From: Gammaproteobacteria bacterium
GTDB lineage: Bacteria; Pseudomonadota; Gammaproteobacteria; DATFLL01
DNA length: 64,000 nt
Reading direction: 5' to 3'
Assembly (NCBI GenBank): GCA_035267785.1
Contig: DATFLL010000050.1
Span: 1,289-65,288, forward strand
Of this stretch, positions 56,593 to 64,000 are shown piece by piece (the first letter of the stretch is position 1; each line of letters begins with the position of its first letter). The position numbers and the translations under genes are program-made. The notes beneath the pieces were generated by a model. It saw only the letters and a list, made by a program, of their open reading frames with translations, was not told the DNA's origin and did not search any database.

Positions 56593-57600
56593 ATGAACTA
56601 CTCAGCCGCAGTCCGAAGTACATGGCATCATTACGATCTTAATAGGGATGGTCCTGACTACAAGACGTTAGTCCAGTATGCAACGCTCGCCGCATCCAGC
56701 CACAATACGCAGCCATGGCGGTTCAAGTTGGAGCCCGACAGGATCGTGATTTTGCCGGACCTGTCGCGGCGCTGTCCGGCCGTCGACCCGGACGATCATC
56801 ACTTGTATGCCAGTTTGGGATGTGCAGCAGAGAATCTGCTGTTGGCCGCGCAGGCCGCCGGAATGGAAGGCCAATATTCCTACGATGCGTCCACCTCAAG
56901 TTTGCAAGTGGACCTGGAAACCGCTTCCCTCCGGGCGTCGCCGTTGTTCGATGCGATTCCGTTGCGCCAGTGCTGCCGGGCTGAATACGATGGAACTTCG
57001 CTTTCCGCTGAACAACTTCGCCTACTGGAGGATGCCGGCCGTGGCGATGGCGTCTCCGTCATACTCCTTACCGACAGTAAATGCAAAGCGCAGGTCGCGG
57101 ACTACGTCGTTGCCGGGAACACGGCCCAGTTCGCCGACTCAGCATGGTCTGATGAGCTGAAGGCCTGGATCCGTTTCAACGCAAAAGACGCAATACATCG
57201 TTGTGACGGCCTGTACGGTCCGGTAATGGGCAACCCCGATGTGCCCGCGTGGCTTGGATTGTTGTATATGCGCCTGGCATTTTCCGCGAAAAACCAGAAT
57301 CGGAAAGACGTCCGGCATATCCGGAGTTCGGCGGCCGTTGCGGTGTTATATTCCGAGACCAATGACAAACCGCATTGGATCGAAGCGGGTCGCTGTTATG
57401 AGCGCCTCGCGCTGCAGGCGGCGGCTCTGGGTTTGAGTACCGCGTTTATCAATCAGCCGGTAGAGGTATCCGCATTGCGCCCGCAGTTCGCGAGTTTCCT
57501 CGGCATCGGTAGTCGTCGACCCGATCTCGTGGTCCGCATTGGTCGTGGTCCGAGTATGCCGCGGTCGTTGCGCCGGCCCGTGGCTGAGGTTATAACGTGA
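56593..57600 (+). CDS. nitroreductase-fold (Acg-like) FMN oxidoreductase
   Basis: GAGGAGG precedes the ATG at 56593. LVQYATLAASSHNTQPWRF, a typical nitroreductase start. About 335 aa, the duplicated-domain size. Confidence 0.7.
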   Translation: MNYSAAVRSTWHHYDLNRDGPDYKTLVQYATLAASSHNTQPWRFKLEPDRIVILPDLSRRCPAVDPDDHHLYASLGCAAENLLLAAQAAGMEGQYSYDASTSSLQVDLETASLRASPLFDAIPLRQCCRAEYDGTSLSAEQLRLLEDAGRGDGVSVILLTDSKCKAQVADYVVAGNTAQFADSAWSDELKAWIRFNAKDAIHRCDGLYGPVMGNPDVPAWLGLLYMRLAFSAKNQNRKDVRHIRSSAAVAVLYSETNDKPHWIEAGRCYERLALQAAALGLSTAFINQPVEVSALRPQFASFLGIGSRRPDLVVRIGRGPSMPRSLRRPVAEVIT

Positions 57601-57761
57601 TTTCGTCCATCGTTGACCGGAGCGACTTTGATGAAGAGGTGAGGTATTGGAAAAAGGCTGAGCCTGAGCCGTCTGGATAAAAAGGGCCGGTGACAAATGA
57701 TAATTATATGCAATTGCCGCCGGCACCGTTAAATGCTGGCGCAGAGGAAACGAAGGGTTGT

Positions 57762-58388
57762 ATGCGTAGAAAAGGAAGAATTATATCGTGGAACGACGAG
57801 AAGGGTTACGGGTTCATCGCGCCAGACGATGGAAGCGACCGGATATATGTTCACATAACCGCTTTCGGTAATGCGGGTCGGCGCCCCGCGCTCAATCAAA
57901 AGGTGGCGTTTTCTGTATCTGCGGATAGGCGGGGCAGGCAGTGTGCCGGAACAGCAAGATTATCCGGTCAGCGTCGCTCGCAATTGGGAAGGACGATGAC
58001 TGGCCTCCTGTCGATTATCGGCGCGATTGTTTTTCTGGCCGTCGTCGCCGTCTTGGCGGCTGAAACAAGAATACCGACCGTGATTTTGGCGGTCTATTTG
58101 GTGGTGAGCCTGATTGCGTTTATTGTGTATGCGGCGGATAAGTCGGCAGCAAAAAGAGGAGCCTGGCGAACGCAAGAGAACACGCTCCACTTGTTATCGG
58201 TGGCGGGCGGTTGGCCGGGTGCGCTTGTTGCGCAACAACTGTTACGTCACAAATCCAAGAAGCGGTCCTTTCGTGCCGTATTCTGGGTAACGGTCATAGT
58301 GAATTGCGCAGGATTGGCGTGGCTTCTGACGCCGGAAGGCGCAGCCGCGGCGCGCTCGCTGATCGGGTCTTTCGTGTCCGAACTATAG
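57762..58388 (+). CDS. cold-shock domain + DUF1294 membrane protein
   Basis: GRIISWNDEKGYGFIAPDDGSDRIYVHITAF (CSD RNP motifs). The C-terminal TM region has YAADKSAAKRGAWRTQENTLHLLSVAGGWPGALVAQQLLRHK, typical of DUF1294. Confidence 0.8.
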   Translation: MRRKGRIISWNDEKGYGFIAPDDGSDRIYVHITAFGNAGRRPALNQKVAFSVSADRRGRQCAGTARLSGQRRSQLGRTMTGLLSIIGAIVFLAVVAVLAAETRIPTVILAVYLVVSLIAFIVYAADKSAAKRGAWRTQENTLHLLSVAGGWPGALVAQQLLRHKSKKRSFRAVFWVTVIVNCAGLAWLLTPEGAAAARSLIGSFVSEL

Positions 58389-58565
58389 GAAGAGGTCGGC
58401 GATAAACGATAATTACGAGTATCTGCGGCTGTTATCGAACCGTTTAATTGCCGTGGGAATACTAAAGAAAGTCACATTTGCTTATATTGGGGTATGTTTC
58501 AATTTCGCTGGTCGTTGGAATCGTCGCGCGACGCATATAAGTCGGGTTCCGCGCGAGGGGAGCGT

Positions 58566-59120
58566 ATGAATCGGCCAACCGGGCTGCTCGGGTTTTTAAA
58601 CAACGTTTCGGCAAGGATTGTGATGGCAGCGGTCCTCATGGGGCTGTCGTTCCACGCCGTTCCGGGTCATTGTGCCGGGAGCGCGAAGATATACGTGTCG
58701 ACCATCGGCTTGCCGTTCTTTCCCGGGGCGGCGAGTCAGCCAGGGGACGATTTCGTACTTTACCGCGTGGGCTCAGAAGCCGCCGCCAAGCGGCTGTTGC
58801 ACAACGTTTTCGACCGGATCGAGCGGTCTCGGCGCAACCGTACCCAATTCAACATGCTCGCACGGGTGCTGTCGGTTCGGGACTATGCCAAGGAATTTGT
58901 CTATGTTCTGTGTTCGCCCGTAGGCCGTGCGGTCAAGATCGAGCAGCCTTTCCGGTATGAGGGAGGCAAGCGACTGCTGTTCAATGTTGTCAAAGATCCG
59001 CATGATCCGAGCGAGGCGCTGTATCTTCGTCTGTACGTGGTCGACCGGGCTAAGGACCGATTCGCGAAGACGATTGTCCGTGCGGGACGCCAGCGCGTGC
59101 TGAAGTGGCGCCAGCCCTAG
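58566..59120 (+). CDS. hypothetical exported protein
   Basis: Signal-like IVMAAVLMGLSFHAVPGHCAG. No domain recognised. Confidence 0.45.
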   Translation: MNRPTGLLGFLNNVSARIVMAAVLMGLSFHAVPGHCAGSAKIYVSTIGLPFFPGAASQPGDDFVLYRVGSEAAAKRLLHNVFDRIERSRRNRTQFNMLARVLSVRDYAKEFVYVLCSPVGRAVKIEQPFRYEGGKRLLFNVVKDPHDPSEALYLRLYVVDRAKDRFAKTIVRAGRQRVLKWRQP

Positions 59121-59167
59121 TGAGTTTCCGAGGCGTCCGCTTTTTATAACGAATTACGGGTGCTGTC

Positions 59168-59467
59168 ATGCCGAAAATTGTATTGATTACCATCGTTCAT
59201 CTGATGCTGGCCACGATGACCGGGCTGATGCTCGGGCTGGGAGTGCTCGGCACCGGCTTTTCGGATTCGTCGGCCGTGCGCGGTGGATATGGGCTGCTGG
59301 TGATGATTTGGCAGGTGCTCGATGCCCCGGCCGGGCCCTATATTCTGCACGCGACGTCGCCGAACGGCTGGCTCTTGAGTCTGCTGCAACTGCTGACCAG
59401 CTTTATCTGGGCGAATATCATTGTCCTCATTCTGGCGCTGTGGAAGGCCCGGCAAAAGGGTCTATAG
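59168..59467 (+). CDS. hypothetical membrane protein (3 TM)
   Basis: Hydrophobic throughout. No family recognised. Confidence 0.4.
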   Translation: MPKIVLITIVHLMLATMTGLMLGLGVLGTGFSDSSAVRGGYGLLVMIWQVLDAPAGPYILHATSPNGWLLSLLQLLTSFIWANIIVLILALWKARQKGL

Positions 59468-59491
59468 CTCGCTGGCAAAGAGGGGTGTTCG

Positions 59492-60004
59492 GTGCGTATC
59501 ACTGGTCTTTCGGCGGCGCTGGTGGTCTTGACGATATCGATGTTGGCGGCTTCCGTTTCCGCCTCGGCCGGGGACGAGGAGTGCCTGTACGACCAGGCGC
59601 AGCAGCGCCACGAGTACCAGGGGCTCGAAGCGAGGTATCCGGGCGGTCGGTTTGTCGAGGCCGAGCAGATGCTGGTAATCCCGACGGCGGACGGCGAGGT
59701 CCATCTGCGCATCGGAGGCTGCGTGCATTACGGCGTCATGATCGAACGCTGGCGGAGCACCCCGACCAAGGCTGAATCTCGCGAGGCGTTGTTCAAGACC
59801 ATTGTCGGTCTGGTCCGCACCTACGGGCAAGGCATGGCCGATGCCGAACGCCTGGGGAAATTGCTGGCGGCGGGACGGTTTACCGATTTGTCCGATCGGA
59901 ACGGGCCCTACTACATGGTGCGCTACCCGGATTTCGCGGCCTTCGAGATCTATCGGCGAAGCGAACAGGAGCGGAGCATCGTCGGCGTGAGCTTCTATAA
60001 TTGA
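59492..60004 (+). CDS. hypothetical exported protein
   Basis: GTG start after AGAGGGG. Signal peptide LVVLTISMLAASVSASAG. Confidence 0.45.
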   Translation: MRITGLSAALVVLTISMLAASVSASAGDEECLYDQAQQRHEYQGLEARYPGGRFVEAEQMLVIPTADGEVHLRIGGCVHYGVMIERWRSTPTKAESREALFKTIVGLVRTYGQGMADAERLGKLLAAGRFTDLSDRNGPYYMVRYPDFAAFEIYRRSEQERSIVGVSFYN

Positions 60005-60059
60005 CCTGAATAGCCTGCAATCTCACGCTGACGCGGTGTGGACAAAGTGGGGTGGGTAT

Positions 60060-60590
60060 ATGAAGTGGCTGACGTACTGGACAGTGGCTTTTGCCTTAGC
60101 GGGGGCAATCTCGGGCGCCGGGGCCGCGGAACGGCATTTCGGACCGACAACGTCGGTGCCGCCTCGGCTCCAGAAGCCGGGGCTTCGCCAAGGCACCCAC
60201 CCGGTAGTGAACACACGGTTGGTGGCCGAGCGTGTGGCAAAGCTCCGCCGCGCGCGAGACATACTGCGGCGGCAGGCGGCCGCGCCGCTGCCCGACAATT
60301 TGCCGCGCGGGGAGCGGGCGGAGGCGAAGCGTTATCGGGCTTGGCTCAAGAATTCGGCGAAGCGTATGGACGCGCTGGCACGGCGCGGTGAGTCGCTGCT
60401 TCGCATGCAGTCGGGCTCGCAGAGCGAAGCGACGATGCGCCGTATTCAGGAAACAAACCGCAGCTTCAGTATGCAGTACCTGGCCTTGCAACAGAAAATT
60501 CAGCAGGAAAGCCGCGAATTTAACCTTGTGTCGAATATTATGAAGACGAAGCACGAGGCCGCCAAGAACGCCATCAACAACATCCGCTAG
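60060..60590 (+). CDS. hypothetical periplasmic helical protein
   Basis: Signal peptide WTVAFALAGAISGAGA. Arg/Gln-rich helices. Confidence 0.45.
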   Translation: MKWLTYWTVAFALAGAISGAGAAERHFGPTTSVPPRLQKPGLRQGTHPVVNTRLVAERVAKLRRARDILRRQAAAPLPDNLPRGERAEAKRYRAWLKNSAKRMDALARRGESLLRMQSGSQSEATMRRIQETNRSFSMQYLALQQKIQQESREFNLVSNIMKTKHEAAKNAINNIR

Positions 60591-60669
60591 GACGAATTGC
60601 CCGCATCGGTTGCCGGCCGGTGTGTATGTTCTATCCTTGGTCGAAAGTGCAACGACAGGAGACCGGACG

Positions 60670-61254
60670 ATGGGAGTCGCTTGGAGTCTGAATACGGGGC
60701 ATAGCAAGTGGCTGCGCCGGCTGGTGCCCGCGCTGTTGGCACTGCTGCTGGCCGGGCTGCCGTGGGAGACGGCCGGAGCGGCGGGGATGAGCCTGAAGTC
60801 GCCAGCCTTTCCTCACAAAGGTGCGGTTCCGAAAATGTATACCTGCCAGGGCGGTAACATCTCGCCGCCGCTGCACTGGCGCGGCGTGCCGAGCAATGCG
60901 AAGAGCCTGGTGCTCATCGTCGACGACCCGGACGCGCCGGACCCGAAGGCCCCGAAAATCACCTGGGTGCACTGGGTGCTGTACAACATGCCTGCCAAGG
61001 ACGGGGGCCTGCCGCCGGCGGCGAAGTCCAAGGACTTGCCACCGGGGACCGAGGAGGCCCGCAACGGTTGGGGGCGGACCGGCTACGGCGGACCATGCCC
61101 GCCCATCGGGCGGCACCGGTATTTCTTCAAGCTCTACGCCCTCGATACGAAGCTGGATGGTCTGACCAATCCGGACAAGGCGGCCGTGGTAAAGGCGATG
61201 CAGGGGCACATCGTCGAAAAGACGGAACTGATCGGAACCTATCAGAAGCATTGA
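60670..61254 (+). CDS. YbhB/YbcL-family (PEBP, Raf-kinase-inhibitor-like) periplasmic protein
   Basis: Signal peptide. YTCQGGNISPPLHW, LIVDDPDAP, WVHWVLYN, GYGGPCPPIGRHRYFFKLYALD are all family hallmarks. Confidence 0.85.
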   Translation: MGVAWSLNTGHSKWLRRLVPALLALLLAGLPWETAGAAGMSLKSPAFPHKGAVPKMYTCQGGNISPPLHWRGVPSNAKSLVLIVDDPDAPDPKAPKITWVHWVLYNMPAKDGGLPPAAKSKDLPPGTEEARNGWGRTGYGGPCPPIGRHRYFFKLYALDTKLDGLTNPDKAAVVKAMQGHIVEKTELIGTYQKH

Positions 61255-61300
61255 AGCGAGTTGGCAGTCGGCAGAAAGAAAGCAGAGTTATAGGCTTTTG

Positions 61301-61370
61301 CTGCCAACTGCCAACTGCCAACTGCCAACTGCCAACTGCCAACTGCCAACTGCCAACTGCCAACTGCCAA
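61301..61370. repeat. perfect tandem heptanucleotide repeat (CTGCCAA) x10
   Basis: Counted directly: 70 nt with no interruptions. It lies in the 122-nt gap between convergent genes (stops at 61254 and 61377). Confidence 0.97.
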
Positions 61371-61376
61371 CTTTTG

Positions 61377-62828
61377 TCATCCGAACACGCCGTGCAGATA
61401 CCATGCGCCGTCGCCTTCTAAATCCCGATAGATCCAGTAGCGTTCGTTGCCCTGATTCTCCGCGATGAAGTAGTCGCGGCGTGCCTCGATGCCGTCCCAC
61501 CAGCCCGATTCGATGCGTTCCGGTCCGCGGCGAAGGCGCAGCTCGCCGCCCAGCCAGGGCCGGCCGTCGACGAGCCGCAGCGCCGTGGGTTCTTCCAGCA
61601 GCCACAGGGGCCGGACGCCTTCGGGCAGCGGGACGGCTTTGCGCCGCGCTGTCTCGGTGCCGGGCGGGCAGGGGCGCCAGGCGTGTTCGGGGCGGTGGTC
61701 GTCGTGCGGGCACAGACCGGTGACGGCCGCCTCGCCGAGGCGGGCGCGCAGGCGCTCGACCAGATGCTGCCAGTCACCCTTTTCGCTATCCCCTTTGTCG
61801 AACAGGGCCGCGGGCTGCGCGGCCAGTGCCTGCGGCCGATCGGCGCGCAGGGCGATGGATTCCACCGGCGCGTTCAAGGGACACCGTTCCAGGCGCTCGC
61901 GCAGCAGACCGAGCAGGTGATCGGGCTCGCGGGTGGGGGAAACCAGGCCCAGGTGCAGCGATGTCGGCGGGCCCCGGCGGTGATCGAGTGTCAATTCCAG
62001 GGACGAGACACCGGCGCCGCGTGCGATGAGAAAACCGCACAGCTCGACGACCAGTCGACGCGCGGCGAACACCAGGGCGGTGCTGTCGTCGACCTCAGCG
62101 GGGAGCTCCAGCCGGGACTCGAAGCGCTCCGGCGGGGCAAAGCGCGGCCGGGGATCGGGCTGCAGGCCGAAGGCCCGGTCGAGGTCGGTGACGAATGCCG
62201 GGCCGAAGCGCTTGGCCAGACCGGCACGCGGCAGACGTACGCAGTCGCCGAGGCGGCGCAGGCCCAGGCCGCGCAGCTCGGCCCGGGCCTTGGCGGAGAT
62301 TTCCAGCACGGTCAGCGGCAGGGTATGCAGGGCCCGGCTGAGGGCGGGCAGGTCGGTGATGGTCTCGCGTCGGCCGGCGCGGGCCAGCCACCACGCACCG
62401 AGCGGGGTCGGAGCAACGCCCGGCCGGGCCCGGTAGCCCAGGTTCTCCACGCCGTCGCCGATACGTGTCAGCAAGGTATCGAGTCCCCCGAACAGGCGCA
62501 GGCTGGCGCCGATCTCCAGCAGCAGGCCGGCCGGGGGCTGGAGGCTGACCCGGGAGGTGAACTGCCCGGCCCAGCCGGCCAACCTGCCCAGGGCCTCGGC
62601 CTCGGCCGCCTCGTCGCGGGCGCGGATGGACAGCCCGGGGCACAGGGCCAGGGCGGTATTGACCGCCAGACCGGGGTGGACGCCGGCCGCGGCGGCGGCG
62701 CGATTGCGGGCGTGAATGCGCTGACGCTGCCCGTCGGGGGCGGCGATTGCGAGCGGGGTTCGGGCAGGGCTGCCCCGGGCCACGACCTCCAGCGGCAGAT
62801 GCGGCAGGTACAGGGCAAGCCAGAGCAT
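61377..62828 (-). CDS. imuB: ImuB, Y-family-polymerase-like protein of the mutagenesis cassette
   Basis: Start MLWLALYLPHLPLEVV. Y-family palm and little-finger-like core. Sits directly after imuA with a 2-nt gap. The long upstream extension in the ORF track overlaps imuA and is not used. Confidence 0.85.
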   Translation of the reverse strand: MLWLALYLPHLPLEVVARGSPARTPLAIAAPDGQRQRIHARNRAAAAAGVHPGLAVNTALALCPGLSIRARDEAAEAEALGRLAGWAGQFTSRVSLQPPAGLLLEIGASLRLFGGLDTLLTRIGDGVENLGYRARPGVAPTPLGAWWLARAGRRETITDLPALSRALHTLPLTVLEISAKARAELRGLGLRRLGDCVRLPRAGLAKRFGPAFVTDLDRAFGLQPDPRPRFAPPERFESRLELPAEVDDSTALVFAARRLVVELCGFLIARGAGVSSLELTLDHRRGPPTSLHLGLVSPTREPDHLLGLLRERLERCPLNAPVESIALRADRPQALAAQPAALFDKGDSEKGDWQHLVERLRARLGEAAVTGLCPHDDHRPEHAWRPCPPGTETARRKAVPLPEGVRPLWLLEEPTALRLVDGRPWLGGELRLRRGPERIESGWWDGIEARRDYFIAENQGNERYWIYRDLEGDGAWYLHGVFG

Positions 62829-62830
62829 GG

Positions 62831-63454
62831 TCAGACGACCGTGGGCAGGAAGATCGGTCGCACGCCCCAGCCGCCGCGGCGCTTGAGCAGGTGCAGGCGC
62901 AGCCCGCCGGCCGCGGGCTCCAGGCGCAGGCGCAGGGCGGCGGGCGAGGCCTGATCGGCCGCACTCAGCGGGCGGAACAGGATGCCCACGGCGGCGCCGT
63001 GCTCGGCGGCCAGCTGCAGCCGGCGCAGGGCGCGGTGGTTCGGTGCTGCTGGCCAGCCGAGGACCGCGCCGCAGGTTCCGGCGCGAAGGGCCTGCTCCAT
63101 GGCCCACAGCATCTCGGCGGAGTTGTCGGTCCGCCCCGGCCGCACGAGCAGGGTGCGGGCCGGATCGATGCCGGCGGAGGCCAGCGCCGGGGCATAGGGC
63201 AGATGGGGCGGGTCGATCCAGGCCAGCCAGCGGTCCTCGGCACTGAGCCGGGCCAGGGCCGGCAGCAGCAGGCCTAGCTCACCGGCGCCGGGGCGGGCGA
63301 GTAGCAGCTCGGTCAGGGCGCCGCGCGGCCAGCCGCCGCCGGGCAGCTCGGCATCCAGGGCCTCACTGCCGGTGGGTACGCCGGCCGGCCCGCGGCGGAC
63401 GGGCTCGCCGCCGCGCCACAGGTCGGCACGTTGGAGGAGGGATTCCAGGCTCAT
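62831..63454 (-). CDS. imuA: ImuA (RecA/SulA-like) protein of the mutagenesis cassette
   Basis: LWRGG...GVPTGSEALDAELPGGGWPRGALTELL...WLAWIDPPHLPYAPAL are typical ImuA blocks. Position between lexA and imuB. Confidence 0.8.
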   Translation of the reverse strand: MSLESLLQRADLWRGGEPVRRGPAGVPTGSEALDAELPGGGWPRGALTELLLARPGAGELGLLLPALARLSAEDRWLAWIDPPHLPYAPALASAGIDPARTLLVRPGRTDNSAEMLWAMEQALRAGTCGAVLGWPAAPNHRALRRLQLAAEHGAAVGILFRPLSAADQASPAALRLRLEPAAGGLRLHLLKRRGGWGVRPIFLPTVV

Positions 63455-63490
63455 CGGACTCGTCCGGCAGGGTCGACACCGCGTCAAATA

Positions 63491-63518
63491 CGCATAGTGT
63501 AAATATATACACTATGCG
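63491..63518. promoter_or_regulatory. 28-bp palindromic operator candidate (CGCATAGTGT-N8-ACACTATGCG) upstream of imuA
   Basis: Perfect 10-bp inverted arms around the AT-only spacer AAATATAT, 37 nt upstream of the imuA start. The core is GTGT-N8-ACAC rather than CTGT-N8-ACAG. Confidence 0.5.
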
Positions 63519-63585
63519 TGCGCGGCGACAAGCTGTGGCCGATACCGTGTCGGTGAGGCGGAAAAAATTGAACGGGGGACTGGAG

Positions 63586-64000
63586 TTACAGGGGGTGTCC
63601 GTTGCGGATGACGCCGACGCCCAGGCCCTCGATGACCAGGTCGTCGCGTTTGAGGTCGACGAGGATGGGCTCGAAGTCGGGGTTTTCGGGCACCAGGGTG
63701 ACCTTGTTGCCGCGGCGGCGAAAGCGCTTGACCGTGACCTCGCTGCCCAGGCGGGCGACGACGATCTGACCGCTGCGCACCTCGCTCGTGCGGTGCACGG
63801 CGAGCAGGTCGCCGTCGAGGATGCCCGCCTCGCGCATGCTCTGGCCGCGCACCCGCAGCAGGTAGTCGGCGCTGGGGCGGAACAGTCCGGGGTCGAGGCG
63901 GTAGTGGGTCTCGATGTGCTGCTCGGCGAGGATGGGGCTGCCCGCGGCGACGCGCCCGACCACCGGCAGGCCAATCTCCTCGCGCAGGCGGATACCGCGC
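63586..64000 (-). CDS. lexA: LexA repressor, C-terminal part (5' end outside window)
   Basis: [15 protein letters not shown] (Ala-Gly cleavage site), RVRGQSM (Ser nucleophile), VTVKRF (Lys). The frame stays open to the window edge. Confidence 0.85.
   Translation of the reverse strand, partial: RGIRLREEIGLPVVGRVAAGSPILAEQHIETHYRLDPGLFRPSADYLLRVRGQSMREAGILDGDLLAVHRTSEVRSGQIVVARLGSEVTVKRFRRRGNKVTLVPENPDFEPILVDLKRDDLVIEGLGVGVIRNGHPL

Noticed and set aside
52895-61376. Mobile-element boundaries for the block splitting the mutagenesis cassette.
   Set aside because: No integrase, transposase, tRNA or inverted terminal repeats were seen. The only flank similarity is short and imperfect (TTTTGCCAAC at 53096 versus TTTTGCTGCCAAC at 61296), which is insufficient.
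61068-61713. ORFs reading through the heptamer repeat (PTANCQLPTANCQL... and the antisense equivalents).
   Set aside because: These are translation artefacts of the tandem repeat in an intergenic gap between two well-supported convergent genes.

Overview
High-GC proteobacterial chromosomal segment, probably gamma- or betaproteobacterial judging from a CTGT-N8-ACAG SOS box. I found no rRNA, tRNA, CRISPR array, integrase or transposase. Left to right: (1) the end of an MFS-like permease and a 1.1-kb gene-poor stretch. (2) A 5.5-kb operon led by a CsgG/HfaB-family lipoprotein, followed by five or six exported proteins that are not curli or holdfast partners. (3) A 1080-aa P-loop/TPR/wHTH-BTAD regulator, a membrane-anchored sigma-54 activator and an orphan secreted protein. 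(4) norC-norB with two translationally coupled small membrane proteins, convergent with a cytochrome c-binding-protein fusion and an SCO copper chaperone. (5) A complete Xps-ordered type II secretion system (gspEFGHIJKLM, N/C-like, D) with a predicted lipoprotein secretin. (6) Two histidine kinases and three response regulators. (7) A 12.8-kb operon for a 1760-aa beta-helix protein, three multicopper-oxidase-fold proteins whose copper ligands are split between the first two, a small anchored protein and an S8 protease. (8) A lexA-imuA-imuB ... dnaE2 mutagenesis cassette interrupted by about 8.5 kb of opposite-strand, partly AT-richer genes and bordered by a (CTGCCAA)10 repeat. The best candidate for an undescribed system is the T2SS, regulator and split-MCO supercluster (about 20-49.4 kb). 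The CsgG-like operon comes second. All functional calls rest on motif recognition by eye; no searches were run.
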